A DNA stretch of 64,000 nucleotides from a bacterium (GTDB lineage: Bacteria > Patescibacteriota > Dojkabacteria > SC72). Positions 62,901-64,000 of the stretch are shown piece after piece (within the stretch, counting starts at the first letter, position 1; the number at the start of each line of letters is the position of its first letter). Under the pieces are notes generated by a model, which had not been told where the DNA came from, did no database searches, and worked only from the letters and a program-made list of their open reading frames with translations. Both the position numbers and the translations under genes were made by a program. The stretch spans positions 3,043 through 67,042 of the forward strand of contig JAJTYH010000003.1 of NCBI GenBank assembly GCA_021463465.1, in the 5' to 3' direction.

Positions 62901-64000
62901 GCGTGTGTATGAGTAGCGGCCCCACCCGTACCACCTGGCGTTGCATTTCCTCTAGGGAATTTACCATCAAGGGCTGTATATCTTTGCCAGCCAAGCGGAG
63001 GGAGTTGATTTACAATAATGATCGAACCTGAAGGCAATTGACCTGCACTATCTTTAGAAGCAAAGAGTAGGTCTAGGTATGGAGGCAATGTGCTTGCATT
63101 TTCAAGGCTACCTGATGGAATTGAATGGAGGTGAGCGAGCTTCACCTCGCTGCTTGAAAGCTGATAAAAGTTCGCTGCAGGTGAGGTTGACCCTGTGTAT
63201 CCAGATCCATAGTAAATAGCGATTCTTCCGTTACCTCCAGTAGCGGTATCAGCAGCACTACCTCCTGTAGCCGTTACTAGACTACTACCCAAAGTAACTG
63301 AATCACCTTTTATAAGTATTCCTCCACCAGCGCCACCTCCTCCATCTCCTCCATAAGCATTTGGGGCTGCAGTTCCAGCGCCACCATTACTTGTTACGCT
63401 TGCGCCAGAGTTAAGGCTTACCGTTGACCCATAAATCATTATAATTCCTCCGCCTCTCCCACCTGCACCACCAAATTGACCTGTACCATTACCACTTTCA
63501 CCGCCGCCACCACTACCACCACCAGATCCAAGGAATATACTACTAAGATTTGCTGGACCAACACTACCACCACCACCACCACCTCCCCCATAATCAGTAT
63601 TTCCTAAATCCTGGCCGGCACCACTACTTCCCGAAGCACCATTACCATCGGAATTCGTTGTACCATTTGACCCTGAGTTTGCACCAGTGTCGCCACCATA
63701 CCCACCTTGTCCAGCAGTCCCATATCCTCCTCCTCCTCCATCACCACCATACCCATTTTCTGAGGCTCCTGTACCAAAAGCAGCACCTCCTCCTCCACCA
63801 GTACCTCCTGACGATGAACCTGATTTAGAAGGATATGCTGTCGTATCAGAACTGCCACCACCACCTCCTCCACAAGTTCCTGAGGCATTGTTTTCTATAC
63901 CTCTATCACCACCCTGTCCTCCCCAATTAGAAGGATTACAAAGCGATCCGCCTCCCCTACCACCTCCGAAACCATCATCCCCTTCAACTGCACCTTCATG
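56906..64000 (-). CDS. Giant surface protein, partial (N-terminus beyond window end): Gly-rich region, tail-collar-like motifs, ~14 FN3/Ig-like repeats, C-terminal TM helices plus CarboxypepD_reg-like domains
   Basis: The frame is open from 64000 to the stop at 56906-56908 (>2364 codons). HTH and PPY motifs are present (GGAATHTHALNL, SHTHSCS, LPPYLDLLF, LPPYLQVIYAQRK). Repeats of ~95 aa end ...YTF.VKARN...ETAYSS..YT. Near the C-terminus there are 2-4 TM helices and two transthyretin-like domains. Confidence 0.85.
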   Translation of the reverse strand, partial: HEGAVEGDDGFGGGRGGGSLCNPSNWGGQGGDRGIENNASGTCGGGGGGSSDTTAYPSKSGSSSGGTGGGGGAAFGTGASENGYGGDGGGGGYGTAGQGGYGGDTGANSGSNGTTNSDGNGASGSSGAGQDLGNTDYGGGGGGGGSVGPANLSSIFLGSGGGSGGGGESGNGTGQFGGAGGRGGGIIMIYGSTVSLNSGASVTSNGGAGTAAPNAYGGDGGGGAGGGILIKGDSVTLGSSLVTATGGSAADTATGGNGRIAIYYGSGYTGSTSPAANFYQLSSSEVKLAHLHSIPSGSLENASTLPPYLDLLFASKDSAGQLPSGSIIIVNQLPPLGWQRYTALDGKFPRGNATPGGTGGAATHTHALNLSTSVDSGSNKVTSYGTVTTTASASHTHSCSAITDSQSSLPPYLQVIYAQRKDNSGDSVSFTVGSEELNVPDTPTATAPSALSTTSIRWTFTDNADNEDGVKVFDMLGNLKATCVGADIAYCDETGLSPNVSYQRQLKAYNENGDSQTYSSSISRYTLIQTPSIALGTITTSEIPLTASGVSNETEGSSGIYFDCTGTSCDTGLNAWQTSMNATATSLSDNTQYTFRVKGRNGDGVETAYSSNVTIYTLASVPSISYGSVGPTSIEVLTSGTSNLGQGQSAVMFDCTTAGCNESGSWDSDGAEIISGLIPNTQYTFRVKTRNGDGIETAYSSTSNKYSAANTPLVPSFAEVSSNYVKIALNSDLNSNPTSTEYAFFEESSSKYVNGTTNQLQVAPFWYTASSWGTNFQVNNLDEGLQYTFKVKARNSENTETAYSSSISTYTNLLTPNILTPVAVDGDTISWRFNNNGLNETGFKLYDGGDSFIANCTANLVSGDTYECVENSLNVNTSYTRKLSAYNGGTESSKSSSSTLYTLSVTPDAPSITAGQTTATIGINPGGNPTYTKFKILIDDTYYVDGNGSLVTSPATWKTEAEWEGITITSLTPNTSYFATVIARNESNVETSQSSQGQFVTLAADSVAPSVSSLSSTVINVKINPQTNPSNTEFAVFEDVTDQYLNPANGQLVSEVQWGTYAQWGGTSGVDSIGLSSNTQYTYKVKARNINNIEGALSTGSSIYTRSKTPNAPTLSALSTTVLKLVLDVNNNPSNTEFSVQVGGSNYINHQTGVAQGSADWATYAQWGGSNGLGVSGLSPNNGYTFQVMARNGDQVVTVFGSSATKYTFANTPGVPDVQRISSATARVTLDSNGNPASVTYAVQEVNSGDYVNSSGNFVQNEAWDQFADYGGDSGFIASGLEPGVGYAFRVKARNNDGEETSYSNASGEYEALGAPTMGTPEVLSSTSIRWKFTEDLTNEVGFRVFDESGVQVAQCASSNITYCDEFGLTANTSYTRKVAAYDSNGNGDFTSTATITTFANIPDAPNVSAVSNTSINVKINTGSNNTTTSYALLETVSGLYVNPGNGSLGTTPTWSSYSDFGQTTGVNVVGLFANAQYTFAVKAKNSDNVETDVSLTGQKYTHAAPLDLPILEAVSDTSVRIKVSNGGNPPATQFSIRENSLKYVPKSGGNLSDSAIWGTYSEFGSSNGVVVTGLTPNATYTFKVYVRNGDEVVSFETEGVQVTTLAPRPVPLGLSNLSTNSIKLKLDNQYSSSTSSFSIKIDGLDKFVNLSGAQVDSPVWGTYAQWGGSSGVTVTQLVPGKFYTFLVKSRNQQNVETEYSDAATAHTNALVPGEPTFNTQSTTGGRIRLVNPGNDSLVLYAIFEVASGKFVSKEDGTLKSTASWGTYEEFGGNNGFLIKGLPSASDFEFKVKARNGNNVETIYGTKIIVKTNAVVFSAPAGVTVVLKDLPEVNVAQFEGAQRGEKELKVTKGDLLIADLPVLFDSDKDWSSVRADSSKLENKAVFKITQQQGLSGNFTLYTPAGETTRFRLCPGSLTLADVNSNCEGGVIFEGVFPQTKKIEGEDVVVHKEKIGNIDYWVASGLSGTGGMGEIVEVESPVSEPTEGNQVTPTEEELTEEDIVIPTESLVKGINNPTVKKVADAVLVKAPKATIVAAKKVSKIIDATPVGKLSEPQLSVVASAATATTVSVGIAVFAGGFTNIPYFLIQLLVSILSFFGFIKKSRPYGLVYDAVSKKPINRAVVRIYNTSERLVWTDVTSAFGTFGASLPPGKYKVLVVKPGYTYPSKIVPGHVDYPLEPVYHGELVNFMRKSMFNIVVPMDPKALSPISKVFAQFLSSASILVKIFHITLFFGGLALGAYTYFKFPSPLNLTAVLLYLPASMLLIKNITIKKQSFGMVVEKSGSPVEGVTVTLKEMKFDRYVGKRVTDKEGQYQFVMPNDTYQLGVMDERYKAVRYEGGSSIITKKRKAKEIVVDRGIIVKKK

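Noticed and set aside
63440-64000. Highly repetitive GGT/GGA-rich DNA that could be taken for a simple repeat or array. His-rich plus-strand ORF 63550-63828 and minus ORF 63604-63888.
   Set aside because: The repeats are imperfect. They translate in-frame on the minus strand as the Gly-rich N-proximal region of the giant protein, and the frame is continuous with 56906-63439. The listed ORFs are other-frame or antisense artefacts. It is not a CRISPR or tandem repeat.

Overview
This window is a gene-dense bacterial chromosome segment, roughly 40% GC, with almost all genes on the minus strand. Several traits point to a Patescibacteria/CPR-like organism: a 23S intron carrying a LAGLIDADG ORF, an ATP-dependent DNA ligase, T4SS-pilin-like paralogs and a giant surface protein. 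The taxonomic call is inference only.

Housekeeping content: leuS (partial), rho, radA, clpC/B-like, rpsA, greA, nth, polA (split), ftsH, efp, smpB, nfo and a UvrD-like helicase-nuclease. There are ten tRNAs and a complete rRNA operon on the minus strand (16S, tRNA-Ile, tRNA-Ala, 23S, 5S). The 23S gene is interrupted by a ~791 bp group I intron encoding a LAGLIDADG homing endonuclease.

Accessory features worth a second look:
- tRNA-Ser(GCT) is followed by four tandem ~50-60 bp direct repeats derived from the tRNA 3' end and its flank. They delimit small gene cassettes (NUDIX, racemase, Ldh_2 dehydrogenase). No integrase is encoded inside them.
- polA is broken into two ORFs exactly at a G_GGA_AAG heptamer that would allow a -1 frameshift fusion.
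- A type IV secretion-like cluster is present: a VirB4/VirD4-type ATPase, a SpoIID-domain coiled-coil hydrolase, a bPH membrane protein and four tandem pilin-like genes. smpB is embedded in this cluster.
- Five consecutive secreted or membrane surface proteins include a cohesin-like and a dockerin-like pair.
- A XerD-like recombinase islet sits between tRNA-fMet and an unusual tRNA-Ile(UAU).
- A giant (>2360 aa, partial) Gly-rich surface protein has tail-collar motifs, FN3-like repeats and C-terminal TM anchors.
- A promoter-driven candidate sRNA lies just beyond the giant gene's stop.

No CRISPR array was seen.
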